From: Candidatus Saccharimonadota bacterium
GTDB lineage: Bacteria; Patescibacteriota; Saccharimonadia; Saccharimonadales; SZUA-47
Length of the DNA: 64,000 nt
Direction of reading: 5' to 3'
NCBI GenBank assembly: GCA_016700315.1
Contig: CP065013.1
Coordinates: forward strand, 385,449-449,448
Shown here piece after piece: positions 8,763 to 18,074 of the stretch. Below the pieces are notes generated by a model that saw nothing but the letters and a program-made list of their open reading frames with translations, searched no databases and was not told the DNA's origin. Position 1 is the first letter of the stretch; each line of letters opens with the position of its first letter. The translations under genes and the position numbers were made by a program.

Positions 8763-8835
8763 CCATCAGAGTGCAACTAATACGATCCATCCCTGAATAT
8801 GTAAGCAGACCATGCGGACAGACTTGGGCAGCCAA

Positions 8836-11800
8836 CTAGGGCCTATATAGACTGTAAAGTCTAATCAGTATCTCAAACAGCAGACCTAGTGAGTTGCAGA
8901 CCGATTTAGGCCAAATTCGGGTTTTACACTGAGTTAAATCTTTTGGCGCACATTTGCCCTTGAGCACTAGCTGAACAGTGCAAGTAGTGGTTTGCGGGGC
9001 CTGAATAGTTATAGTTTTCGTCCAGTTGTAGCTGTTGCCAGCCTTATCTACTACAGTTACGCTCAGCGTGGTGCTGCCGTTGGTCGTGATAGTCACAGGA
9101 TTAGGGCAGGCTGCAATACCAGACAAACCATCAGAACAACTAAAGCTGATAGTGACGCCACTTGTAAATACACCGCTAGAGTTTGGCTGGACACTATAGG
9201 TTGGAGTGATAGTTGGAGTCGTTAAATCTAGTTTTGCCAAGATGTTAACCATGCTAGAGTTGCCAGCGTTGTCGGTTACTATGCCTGTCAGGATTTGTTC
9301 GCCCTCGCTGCCAACACTAATCGGTGCTGGGCAGCTTGCGACTCCCGATTGCTCGTCACTACATTCAAAGCTAATTGTGAAGGGTTGGTTGTGCCAGCCG
9401 TAAGTGTTTGCGGCCGAGCTCGCTGCGGCAACAATACTGGGTGATTGCTTGTCGATTTGTGCTTGAAAGCTTATCGTGCTTTCATTGCCGGCCAAATCCC
9501 GGGCGGCTGCAGTTATAACGCCGCTAGAACTAATGGTCTGTGGCTCTGAGCAGTACTCAATGCCGCTTGACTCATCTGAACAGACAAAGCTTGCGACAAA
9601 GTCTTGGCTAAACCAGTTTTGATTGTTCGGGGCTGGGCTAAGGTTATACGAAATACTTGGTTTAGTTTGATCAAGTTTAAGATAAATGTTTAGTGTCGTT
9701 TCATTGCCGGCCTTATCGTGCGTGGTTGCGGTAATGACATTTAGCTCACCGTCTGTCGTGACAGTTATTGGCTCTTGGCAGTCGGCAACGCCGGACGTCT
9801 CATCGCTGCAGCTAAAGCTCACAGTGACGGGCTGGTTAAACCAGCCGCCACTGTTTGGCTGAGAGCTGTAAGTGGGTGTGATCGACGGGGCGGTTGTATC
9901 GAGTTTGACGGTTAGTTGGCCGGTTGCGCAGTTACCGCTTGGGTCGCAGCTTTGCGAGCTAGTGTAGGTATGCTCACCCTCTTGATCTGCGGTTGTTGGT
10001 GCTGGAGTTGTTGCTGGCCCTTCGCTGTAACCAGTTTCGGCTGCGGCCCAGTCAATAGTAGGAGCTTGATTAAACCAGCCATTTTCATTTGGTGCAGTGT
10101 TGGTGGACCCTGTTACGGTTGGAGGTGTGGTGTCTTTTGGCGGCTCCGCAATAAACCCGTCGCAACCGTCATCAATACCATCTTTGTCATAGTCTTGATT
10201 GGCCTGAGGCACAAACAAACACTTGTCCTGGTCGTTTACTATCCCGTCACCATCGGTGTCGTTCGGATCAGACGATGCCACAAAAACTGGTTGGTAATAA
10301 TCTAAATTCTTTGCAGCTATATTACTGCCCTTCATATGTAGCTCGTGGTAGCCTTGCTCAAGGCCATTGGGCAGTTCAAATGAGGCACTAAGATTGCCGT
10401 TTTGATCTGTTATTGCTTCGCCTAAATACGTTGGTGTCGAATGAATGAAAAACTTGTATGTAGTAAAGGGCAATAATTTACTCACATCAATAAACAATTT
10501 ATTTCTATCCAAACTACTAATCATACTGTGCAGCTCTTGTGTGTCTGTAAAACTTGCTGTTCCAGAATTTACCGCACCTATGTGTGCTACGGCAGCACCA
10601 AAATATGCATTGGGAATCGGCAGGGGGGTCTTGGTTGCTGTGGGCATTGGTGCTGTGAGATTCGAGGTTTTGAGCAGTATTGCTGAAGCGTACTGAGACT
10701 GAGCTTTCTCATTGGGGTGGAAACTTTCATTACCAAGTATTCTCAAGAAAGACATTTTTCCCCTAATGTCAGGTATATCATCACCAAAAGTTGCTCCATT
10801 CACCCATGTGTCTGTGTCAAGGCTACCACTGCAAAGATTGTTGTATTCAAGTATGTCCTCGACATCCACATATGTTACTCCAGCTTCTGCTGCAGCGGAG
10901 GCTATTACCCTGTTGAAATAGGACACAGTCTCTCTGATGAAAATTCTCTCGTCGCTGTCTAGCCCGGAAGCGTTTACACCACAAGTTGACTGTAGAGATA
11001 CAAATTGTGGGTAGCCAATAACGTATACTCTGGATTCGGGTGCCGCTCTTTTTATTGAAGTATAGGTTGTTTGTAGTCTATCTTTTAGGTTAGCCAGTTC
11101 TATAGCAACAATACTTCTAGCATCTGTATTGTTGGGCGTCGCTGGGGCGCATTTATTTGGGAGTATGCAGTAAGCTAGACGTTCTGCAAAACCCGCATCA
11201 TTCCCACCAACGCTTAGTGTAATCACTTTTGGATTAGTCTTTGGGTTGACAATTCCTATGTTATGTAAACCGTTAAGGTAACTGGTTTGATAATCGTATC
11301 CGGGTGTCCATTCTTTTAATGCATCGTTGTTGAAATAATCATACTGGTTTGGCCCTTCGTTTACGACGTCACTTTCTGTTCGTTGTCCATCAATGTTGAA
11401 TGTTTTTGCGCCGCTACAAGTAATGCTGTGGAATAAACCATCGGGTGCAGGTGTTACAAAGGCACTGCTAAGGTTCAATATGCTAGCTATCCGATATGAG
11501 TAACTTCGCCTAGAAAGGTGGCAAAGGTTTTTATCTTCACTAGTACTAGTAGCACGAGTATTGGTTGGTGCCTCATAGTAGTAATCATCATTATCTCCCT
11601 CGCCACTGGCAAAGCTATCACCCATCGCCAAATACCCAGCCGGCTCTTTATGGGAAGCAGATTTAATAATCGCTCTCTTCCAATGGCCTTGGTTGCTGTT
11701 GTCTCGCCAATAAGCATCAGCCATAAGTCTTGTCCCATCGTCGTCAAAACGTGAGTTCCAAAATCCAGATGCATCTGAAAAATTTGTGCTCAAAGTGCGA

Positions 11801-11913
11801 ACATCCTTATTTATGTTGGTACAGCCGGCAAAGCTTATCTGGCTGTTAACGCTAAAAGGCATTTGGTTATTGGCATACTTAGCTTGGCAGGCTACAAGAT
11901 CGTAAATGTACAT
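8836..11913 (-). CDS. Large extracellular SGNH/GDSL hydrolase with thrombospondin-type-3-like Asp repeats and five Ig-like modules
   Basis: 1025 aa. GDSL block I 'YLAMGDSFASGEG' and 'VGGNDAGF'. Asp repeats 'DPNDTDGDGIVNDQDKC...DYDKDGIDDGCD'. There are four clear and one divergent ~85-aa modules of the form 'GWFNQ..T.SF.CSD..SG...C....D.AGN'. This ORF has no signal peptide of its own. Confidence 0.75.
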   Translation of the reverse strand: MYIYDLVACQAKYANNQMPFSVNSQISFAGCTNINKDVRTLSTNFSDASGFWNSRFDDDGTRLMADAYWRDNSNQGHWKRAIIKSASHKEPAGYLAMGDSFASGEGDNDDYYYEAPTNTRATSTSEDKNLCHLSRRSYSYRIASILNLSSAFVTPAPDGLFHSITCSGAKTFNIDGQRTESDVVNEGPNQYDYFNNDALKEWTPGYDYQTSYLNGLHNIGIVNPKTNPKVITLSVGGNDAGFAERLAYCILPNKCAPATPNNTDARSIVAIELANLKDRLQTTYTSIKRAAPESRVYVIGYPQFVSLQSTCGVNASGLDSDERIFIRETVSYFNRVIASAAAEAGVTYVDVEDILEYNNLCSGSLDTDTWVNGATFGDDIPDIRGKMSFLRILGNESFHPNEKAQSQYASAILLKTSNLTAPMPTATKTPLPIPNAYFGAAVAHIGAVNSGTASFTDTQELHSMISSLDRNKLFIDVSKLLPFTTYKFFIHSTPTYLGEAITDQNGNLSASFELPNGLEQGYHELHMKGSNIAAKNLDYYQPVFVASSDPNDTDGDGIVNDQDKCLFVPQANQDYDKDGIDDGCDGFIAEPPKDTTPPTVTGSTNTAPNENGWFNQAPTIDWAAAETGYSEGPATTPAPTTADQEGEHTYTSSQSCDPSGNCATGQLTVKLDTTAPSITPTYSSQPNSGGWFNQPVTVSFSCSDETSGVADCQEPITVTTDGELNVITATTHDKAGNETTLNIYLKLDQTKPSISYNLSPAPNNQNWFSQDFVASFVCSDESSGIEYCSEPQTISSSGVITAAARDLAGNESTISFQAQIDKQSPSIVAAASSAANTYGWHNQPFTISFECSDEQSGVASCPAPISVGSEGEQILTGIVTDNAGNSSMVNILAKLDLTTPTITPTYSVQPNSSGVFTSGVTISFSCSDGLSGIAACPNPVTITTNGSTTLSVTVVDKAGNSYNWTKTITIQAPQTTTCTVQLVLKGKCAPKDLTQCKTRIWPKSVCNSLGLLFEILIRLYSLYRP

Positions 11914-11915
11914 AT

Positions 11916-12686
11916 TTACACCTTGTCCAACAAAACATATCTTCCGTCGTTAGTGATTGATGCGGTCAAACCAGAGCCAACTCCAGTAAAAAAGTGAGCA
12001 AAAGGAGTTATTTCCTTGGTTCTAGTATTGACTCTAAGCATCTGGCCGCCGTACATTCGGAGCAGTAAAAATTCACCGTTGTTCGAACTTCTTGCGGTAC
12101 CATCGAAGTTGTCTATAATCGAGCCATCAGCATATCTTATATAGTCCGCAACCGTACTTGGCTTGTATACGACTGTTCCGCCATCATTCCTTAGAGTGCT
12201 TATCCCGAGAAAATTATAGTTAATGCTTATTCTTGTGGTGTAAATAGAATACGGAGTTAGATTAATATTTAGAGCAGTTTTAGTGTTGCCCGGCAGCCAC
12301 CTTATCGATCCTCTAGTTGGAGAGTAGAAGGGTATCGTGTTGCCAATTAATGAGTCGCTGACATATTCACCAAAATACGACATGTACATACCATTAGCTG
12401 CGCCCATGCAAGAGTCGTTGTAGTTCTGGTAGTTAAAAGTACTTGCAGACATATTGATGCTGCCGTCGGGGTTGTAGACAGTTTGAGACGATACTAGTGG
12501 CACTTTGAGTGTTCTAGAAATACAATTCATGTTGCCCTCGATGAGGCTACTTGAATTGTAGTCAGAGTCGCTAAAGTTTGTCTGATTAATATCTTGCCAA
12601 TCAGATAGGGCAAAGACTTTCGGAGTACCAAAATAAACACAAAATGCTAATGATAAAACAATAAGTAGCCAGAATCTCAACTTCAT
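11916..12686 (-). CDS. Secreted protein with signal peptide; probably the detached N-terminal part of the 1025-aa hydrolase
   Basis: 256 aa with signal peptide 'MKLRFWLLIVLSLAFCVYFGTPKVFA'. It ends 'SITNDGRYVLLDKV*' only 2 nt before the next ATG ('MYIYDL...'). Confidence 0.6.
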   Translation of the reverse strand: MKLRFWLLIVLSLAFCVYFGTPKVFALSDWQDINQTNFSDSDYNSSSLIEGNMNCISRTLKVPLVSSQTVYNPDGSINMSASTFNYQNYNDSCMGAANGMYMSYFGEYVSDSLIGNTIPFYSPTRGSIRWLPGNTKTALNINLTPYSIYTTRISINYNFLGISTLRNDGGTVVYKPSTVADYIRYADGSIIDNFDGTARSSNNGEFLLLRMYGGQMLRVNTRTKEITPFAHFFTGVGSGLTASITNDGRYVLLDKV

Positions 12687-12788
12687 GAGTTGAGAATACT
12701 ACTAGACAGAATACATTTCAATACTATTTTTGGTAAAATTGACTGCGCTAGTAATATTTTACAAATTTGTATAAAAATCTGCTAAGAA

Positions 12789-13376
12789 TTAGAGGAAGAT
12801 ACCGCGACCATTTCCCTTGGGCTGTTCTATGCCCAATAACTTTGTAACGTCGCCGATTGCGTCGTTGTCGACTCCGAAGCTACAATATAGGTTCACGGTG
12901 TTCTCTTGGCTGTGTGTCCCACATGTAGGGCCAGGATTGCTAAAATAGTAAAAACCAAAGTCTGATAAATTGGTGGAGTTACTAAACTTATCTTTAGTGT
13001 GATATTGTAGCTCAATCAACTCTTTGAAGCTCACAATATATGAGCCGTCTACGCCTTGTGCGGCAAAACTGATATGACACCCCCAACTACTATACTTCGT
13101 ATCTGTCTTGCCGCTAGACTGCGTACAGTCGGCGTCCTCAGACAGGCTAACACCTAGCTTCTGTTCCAGTTCTAGCTTCAACACCCTTACATCGTCAATT
13201 ATCGCTTTGGCATTTTTTATTGAAGCTCTTTTGTCTGATTGCAATATATAGCCGCCGGTAAAGTATGCAAATACGAGAAAGGCTAAAATGTATACTAAAA
13301 TCCTAGAGCCTGAAAAATCAATACCAGTAAATATTCTCGATTTTGCAGAACTCTTTTTATTGGTTTTTTTAACCAT
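12789..13376 (-). CDS. Hypothetical membrane-anchored Cys-containing protein (paralog A)
   Basis: 195 aa with TM helix 'ILVYILAFLVFAYFTGGYIL'. It shares an 'SW.CH' Cys pattern and a 'GP.CG...YCSFGVD' C-terminus with the next gene. Confidence 0.55.
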   Translation of the reverse strand: MVKKTNKKSSAKSRIFTGIDFSGSRILVYILAFLVFAYFTGGYILQSDKRASIKNAKAIIDDVRVLKLELEQKLGVSLSEDADCTQSSGKTDTKYSSWGCHISFAAQGVDGSYIVSFKELIELQYHTKDKFSNSTNLSDFGFYYFSNPGPTCGTHSQENTVNLYCSFGVDNDAIGDVTKLLGIEQPKGNGRGIFL

Positions 13377-13478
13377 AACTATATTAAAGCTTATGTATTA
13401 CGAGAGAGCAAGCAACTTTTTTAGACCAAACCGCCAACTACTATCAGGCGTTACCCAGGCGAAAGACATTCTCCCCAG

Positions 13479-14000
13479 CTATTTTTGATAACCTTTATTA
13501 TTTAGTCCTAGTTCGGCGTTTATTCGGTTTTTGTACAGCTTATCGACCGAAAAGCCACATCTGTATGTGAAGCCTGTTTTTTGTCCGAAATATATGCCAC
13601 AATCAGGACCATTTCCCTTGTAGTTAAACTCGAATCCCTTCCTTGGTTCTTCGAGTTTGAATGTGTCCTTAACATAGCGCTTAGAACCTACAGTACTGGT
13701 AATCTTATCAAAATCATACTCATAGGCCTCGTCGCTCTTAAATAGCATATGGCAAGACCATCTGCTATATAATGCATCATTTAGGGCTTGAGGCTTCATA
13801 CATCCATTTTCCCAAGTTAGCTGGATTCCTAGCTCATCTTCAAACTCTTTCTTTAATGCCTTTACGTCTTTAATTAGACCCAAGTTACTTCTGTAATAAT
13901 AGTATTGCTTTACAAATGGGATAACTGCTATCCAAATGAACAGACCAACAATCAAGGCAATCATAAACCTACCAAAACTAGCTGTTTTTGGGAAGCTCAA
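13479..14000 (-). CDS. Hypothetical membrane-anchored Cys-containing protein (paralog B; start uncertain)
   Basis: 173 aa from a TTG start, with TM helix 'FMIALIVGLFIWIAVIPF', 'YSRWSCHMLF' and 'GPDCG...YRCGFSVD'. A conserved upstream ATG at 14088 is out of frame by +1. Confidence 0.5.
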   Translation of the reverse strand: MSFPKTASFGRFMIALIVGLFIWIAVIPFVKQYYYYRSNLGLIKDVKALKKEFEDELGIQLTWENGCMKPQALNDALYSRWSCHMLFKSDEAYEYDFDKITSTVGSKRYVKDTFKLEEPRKGFEFNYKGNGPDCGIYFGQKTGFTYRCGFSVDKLYKNRINAELGLNNKGYQK

Positions 14001-14108
14001 CTTGTTTAAGCGGAGCAGATGGTCTACTAACTCTGTCTGATTTTGTCTGACTGGGCTGGCTTCTGAGTTTACTGCTTTTTGTTGCCATAACTATATTAAA
14101 GCTTATGT

Positions 14109-14492
14109 TTACAGGGAGGGCAAGTTGAGTTTTGATCTTCGGAGATATTTCATGGTTAGTATTATTATGGCCAAGATAACGGTTATTGGTGTCAATAAAA
14201 TAATTGGTAATCCAACAGTTGCTTTACTTTGTGTAGTGACAGTACTGAGTTCTGTTGGTTTGGCACCTGACACTTTGAGTTCGAACTGGCCGATTGGCTC
14301 TGGGTTTAAGGCTTGGTAGCCGTCGTTCTGCGGGCTTACTGTTGCACTAGTAGATTGATTGTCGCCCTGGGTAGTTACGGGTTGCTGAAGCTCGTTTTGG
14401 TTGAACTGTAGGCTGGTTTGTCTGGCGTAAACATCGGCTTGGGGACCAACCAAAACAAGAGCAAGGAAAAATACATAGAGCAGCTTCTTCAC
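14109..14492 (-). CDS. Small exported protein with signal peptide and C-terminal membrane anchor
   Basis: 127 aa. Signal peptide 'MKKLLYVFFLALVLVGPQADVYA', a Q/T-rich middle, and a C-terminal hydrophobic segment followed by 'KYLRRSK'. Confidence 0.45.
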   Translation of the reverse strand: MKKLLYVFFLALVLVGPQADVYARQTSLQFNQNELQQPVTTQGDNQSTSATVSPQNDGYQALNPEPIGQFELKVSGAKPTELSTVTTQSKATVGLPIILLTPITVILAIIILTMKYLRRSKLNLPSL

Positions 14493-15628
14493 TATTTTTT
14501 GCCTTCTAATACAGATTTATAAACGCCTAGAGTTTCACACGCCATTTTTGACCATGAGTAGTTCTTGAGTTGTTTGTGGCCGTTCTTTACCAAGCTGTCT
14601 GCCAGGGCGGGGTTAGTTATTACTTCATCAATTTTAGCGGCCATATCGAGGTAATCTTTGGGATCAAAGAATTGGGCGGCTTGGCCATAAACTTCGGGCA
14701 GACAAGTCGCATTTGAGCTGACGAGTGGCGTCCCATGAGCCATTGCCTCTAAACCAGGCAGACCAAAACCCTCGCTTAAGCTAGGTAAGACGTAAGCAGC
14801 CGCATTTTCGTACAGCCATTTTAGTTGGCCGTCACTGACAAAACCGGGCAATATGATGTCATCTTTGACTGATGAGTTCTTCAAAGAGTTTTCTAATTTT
14901 TCGAAATATTGCTCTTTTTTGCCAGCAAGAACCAGAAGCAGATTGGGGTGTTTTTCTTTTAATAAGGTGAAGGCTTTTATTAGACACTCAATGTTTTTAT
15001 GAGGTAGGGGCGACCCAACGTGAAGCAGAAAGGCGAGAGCTGAGGGCTGAGGTCCTAGGGCTGAGATAGCTTCTGGGGGGGTAGCCTCAATCTCTGTAGG
15101 TGGCTCGCTTGATTCATATGTAACAACTATCTTTTTCTTCGTAAAAGGCTGGAGCTTAATTAAGTCTTGGCCAACAAAATTGGTTGGAACGATTATTTTG
15201 CGGCTGGCTCGGTGCGAATGCCAAAACAAAAATTTATATCCGGCCATTCTAATCCAATGAAGAAGTGTCGGTAGTTTGCCAGCGCGAGTGAAGCGGAGCA
15301 TGGTCAGATCGTGAGTTGTTGTAATGCGCGGCTTACTATAAAAAACCGGCTCCATCGGCGTCATTGCAAAGTGTACCAAATCCGCTTGAAGCGAGTTCAG
15401 GAATTTTGCAAAAGTAATCTGATCAGCTGGGTTAAATGAAAAGCGTTTGTACTTACAGGCAACAGCTTTAAAGTTTGGGGCGCTCGGCTGCCAAGTGTCG
15501 GTTGGCTCAAGTAGAATGATGTAGTTATTTTCTTTGTCAATTTTCTGTAAGTGCTCGACTAGCCGATCAGCGTAGCGCCCAGTACTGGAGCGGCGGATGC
15601 GAATATCAATAACAATTGTTTTCCCCAT
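14492..15628 (-). CDS. Glycosyltransferase, GT4 family (GT-B fold)
   Basis: 378 aa. C-terminal 'YVLPSLSEGFGLPGLEAMAHGTPLVSSN' contains the E(x7)E region typical of GT4. Confidence 0.8.
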   Translation of the reverse strand: MGKTIVIDIRIRRSSTGRYADRLVEHLQKIDKENNYIILLEPTDTWQPSAPNFKAVACKYKRFSFNPADQITFAKFLNSLQADLVHFAMTPMEPVFYSKPRITTTHDLTMLRFTRAGKLPTLLHWIRMAGYKFLFWHSHRASRKIIVPTNFVGQDLIKLQPFTKKKIVVTYESSEPPTEIEATPPEAISALGPQPSALAFLLHVGSPLPHKNIECLIKAFTLLKEKHPNLLLVLAGKKEQYFEKLENSLKNSSVKDDIILPGFVSDGQLKWLYENAAAYVLPSLSEGFGLPGLEAMAHGTPLVSSNATCLPEVYGQAAQFFDPKDYLDMAAKIDEVITNPALADSLVKNGHKQLKNYSWSKMACETLGVYKSVLEGKK

Positions 15629-15646
15629 TAGCTATAATTATAAGTA

Positions 15647-16936
15647 ATGAGGCAGAGATTAAGAAGTATTTCGACCATAATATTTTTGGTGTTAGTTGCC
15701 TACATGCCGTTTCATGTACTTCTTGCGACGTGGGTTGGTTCTAGTCTTGGTGTAATGACAGTCGCCAAGATATTTAAAGATGTATTTGCTGTAGCAGGGC
15801 TGTTAATTGCCGCCGCGGCCGCTGGCAAAACACAGCTTAGAGCATTGCTTAAAAATAAGCTAACAATCCTGATAATGGCTTATGGCCTGCTAACAATTGT
15901 GCTGGCAACATTTCGCTCGACAGAACAGGATGCCGAAGTCTTAGGAGTCGTCTATAACCTTAGGTTTTTTGCGATTTTTATTTACGGCGCGATAGTCGCC
16001 GGCTGGCCGGAAAACAAGCACCTGCTCAAGAAGACCTTGCGGTTTGCGCTGGTGAGCGGGGCGGTAGTCGCTATATTTGGTATAGTTCAATACCTAGTGC
16101 TACCAAACAACGCGCTGAGTCATCTGGGCTATAGTCGAGCCAATGGTACACCGCCAGCTTTTTTCATAGACGAAAAACCAGATTTAGAACGGTCAATGTC
16201 GACGCTCAAAGACCCAAACTCGCTGGGATCTTATATGTTAATAATAATTGCGCTAAGTCTGGCCTTTAGCTTGTGCGCTACAAGAAAATTAAAAAAACTC
16301 TATATCAGTGTTTTGCTACTTAGCCTGGCGTGCTTGTGGTTTAGTTTTTCGAGGGGTGCACTAATAGGGCTGGTTGCAACAGTGGCTTGTTTGTTGGCAC
16401 TGGAGCCGACCAGCTTTGAATATCTAAAAAAGTATCGCAATAGGATTTTGCTGAGCCTAGCGGCTTTACTATGTATAGCCACTTTGTCGGGACTTGCTCT
16501 ACGTAATTCCTATCTAGTTAAAAACGTTATATTTCACGCCGACGAACAAACCGTGCTGGAGAACCCTAACCAACTACGAGCTAGATTCTTCAAAGAATCA
16601 ATCAGTAGAATCGCCCATAACCCACTTGGCTCAGGCCCTGGTACGGCAGGCCTGACATCAATTCGCAATCAGACTCAGGGCACTATTTTAAACGAGAATT
16701 ACTATCTGCAAATAGCAGAAGAAGTCGGCTGGCTGGGCATAATAATATTTGTAGCGATTTTATTTACGGTTATAAAAAAGCTTCTTGGCTTGCGTCATTT
16801 GCCAGCCGGCAGAGCACTTCTAGCTAGTTTGGCGGGTCTATTAATAACCTCGCTGCTAATTCACACTTGGTCCAACGAAACCATAGCCTACACCTGGTGG
16901 GGCCTATCCGGCCTATTGTTGTCTGTTAAGAGCTAA
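15647..16936 (+). CDS. O-antigen ligase/polymerase-like polytopic membrane protein (Wzy_C-type)
   Basis: 429 aa with about 10-12 TM segments and a central 'FSFSRGALIGLVATVACLL' loop region typical of O-antigen-ligase-like proteins. Confidence 0.7.
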   Translation: MRQRLRSISTIIFLVLVAYMPFHVLLATWVGSSLGVMTVAKIFKDVFAVAGLLIAAAAAGKTQLRALLKNKLTILIMAYGLLTIVLATFRSTEQDAEVLGVVYNLRFFAIFIYGAIVAGWPENKHLLKKTLRFALVSGAVVAIFGIVQYLVLPNNALSHLGYSRANGTPPAFFIDEKPDLERSMSTLKDPNSLGSYMLIIIALSLAFSLCATRKLKKLYISVLLLSLACLWFSFSRGALIGLVATVACLLALEPTSFEYLKKYRNRILLSLAALLCIATLSGLALRNSYLVKNVIFHADEQTVLENPNQLRARFFKESISRIAHNPLGSGPGTAGLTSIRNQTQGTILNENYYLQIAEEVGWLGIIIFVAILFTVIKKLLGLRHLPAGRALLASLAGLLITSLLIHTWSNETIAYTWWGLSGLLLSVKS

Positions 16937-18074
16937 CTTTATCGATGGCTGACTGTAGTTGTTTTGCCGATCTTGATGCGCTAAATTTGGCAGCCTGGCT
17001 GTAGCCTTCTTTTACCATTCTTTTACATAAAGCAGGGCTATTTAGTAATTTTTCTATGGCTTTAGTCGTTTCCAGAGGCTTTGCCGCATTGACTAAAAGT
17101 CCAGCTTTTCCAACTACCTCCGGCAACGAGGAATTATTACTAGTAATAACTGGTATGCCACAAGCCATTGCTTCTAATGGCGAAATGCCAAACCCTTCAT
17201 AATGTGGGATAAATACGTACAATGTCGCTCCGCTGTACAGTGCTGCTAAATCCTCATCTGCGATGTATCCAGTGCGGACAATATTTAACCCCTGATCCAC
17301 AAGTCTGTCGGCCTCTGCGTGGATTTCATCATTAAGCCATCCTTTACCGCCTGCCAAAACTAAGCCATATTCTTCCAAAACTTTTTTAGGTAATTTTTGG
17401 TAGGCTTCAAGTAAACCAATAACGTTTTTTCTTGGTTCGATGGTGCTCATATATAAAAGATATTTCTTAGGTAATTTTAGCTTATGCTTTACTCTTGCAA
17501 TTTCACTGGACGAAGTACGTTTGAACAATGACATGTCAATGAAAGGATTAACAATAGATACCCTATCTAGCGCTATGCCGTAATACTCAGACATATCTTT
17601 TTTGCTGCACTCGGAGATAGTGATTAAATGGTTGGCTTTTTTTATTGTTTTGGGTACAAATTTGAGCATGTAGTCTTTGTTCGGTCCCGAACTGTACTGA
17701 CCGTAAAAGACGAACGACAGGTCGTGTATTATAGCTACTGAGCGCTTGTTTAGTACGAGTGGCCATCTTACAAAATTTGGAAAAAGTATTACGTCTTTTC
17801 TGCTGGCACCAATAAATGCATCAATAGGTAAGGGTACGCCATTTTTGAAAAGACCTGTATATATTTTGCCAGGGAACCACCTAATTAAACGATAATTCAA
17901 TGAATCTGTTTTTGGGATGGGCGGGGTAAATTTTCTATAGAATAATCTGAAACCAAACAACTTGATTTTTTGTTCAGGGAATTCTTTATGGTAAGCTTCG
18001 ATCAATCTTTTTGTGAATGCGCCGATACCGGATCGCTCTGCAATTATGGCACTGGATTCGATAAATAATCTCAT
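16926..18074 (-). CDS. Glycosyltransferase, GT4 family
   Basis: 382 aa with 'YVFIPHYEGFGISPLEAMACGIPVITSN'. Confidence 0.8.
   Translation of the reverse strand: MRLFIESSAIIAERSGIGAFTKRLIEAYHKEFPEQKIKLFGFRLFYRKFTPPIPKTDSLNYRLIRWFPGKIYTGLFKNGVPLPIDAFIGASRKDVILFPNFVRWPLVLNKRSVAIIHDLSFVFYGQYSSGPNKDYMLKFVPKTIKKANHLITISECSKKDMSEYYGIALDRVSIVNPFIDMSLFKRTSSSEIARVKHKLKLPKKYLLYMSTIEPRKNVIGLLEAYQKLPKKVLEEYGLVLAGGKGWLNDEIHAEADRLVDQGLNIVRTGYIADEDLAALYSGATLYVFIPHYEGFGISPLEAMACGIPVITSNNSSLPEVVGKAGLLVNAAKPLETTKAIEKLLNSPALCKRMVKEGYSQAAKFSASRSAKQLQSAIDKVSS

Noticed and set aside
8763-8835. Possible tRNA in the 73-nt jag-downstream spacer; other spacers were also checked
   Set aside because: There is no T-loop (GTTCRANNC) or acceptor-stem complementarity. 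I found no tRNA, rRNA, tmRNA or RNase P RNA signatures in any intergenic stretch.
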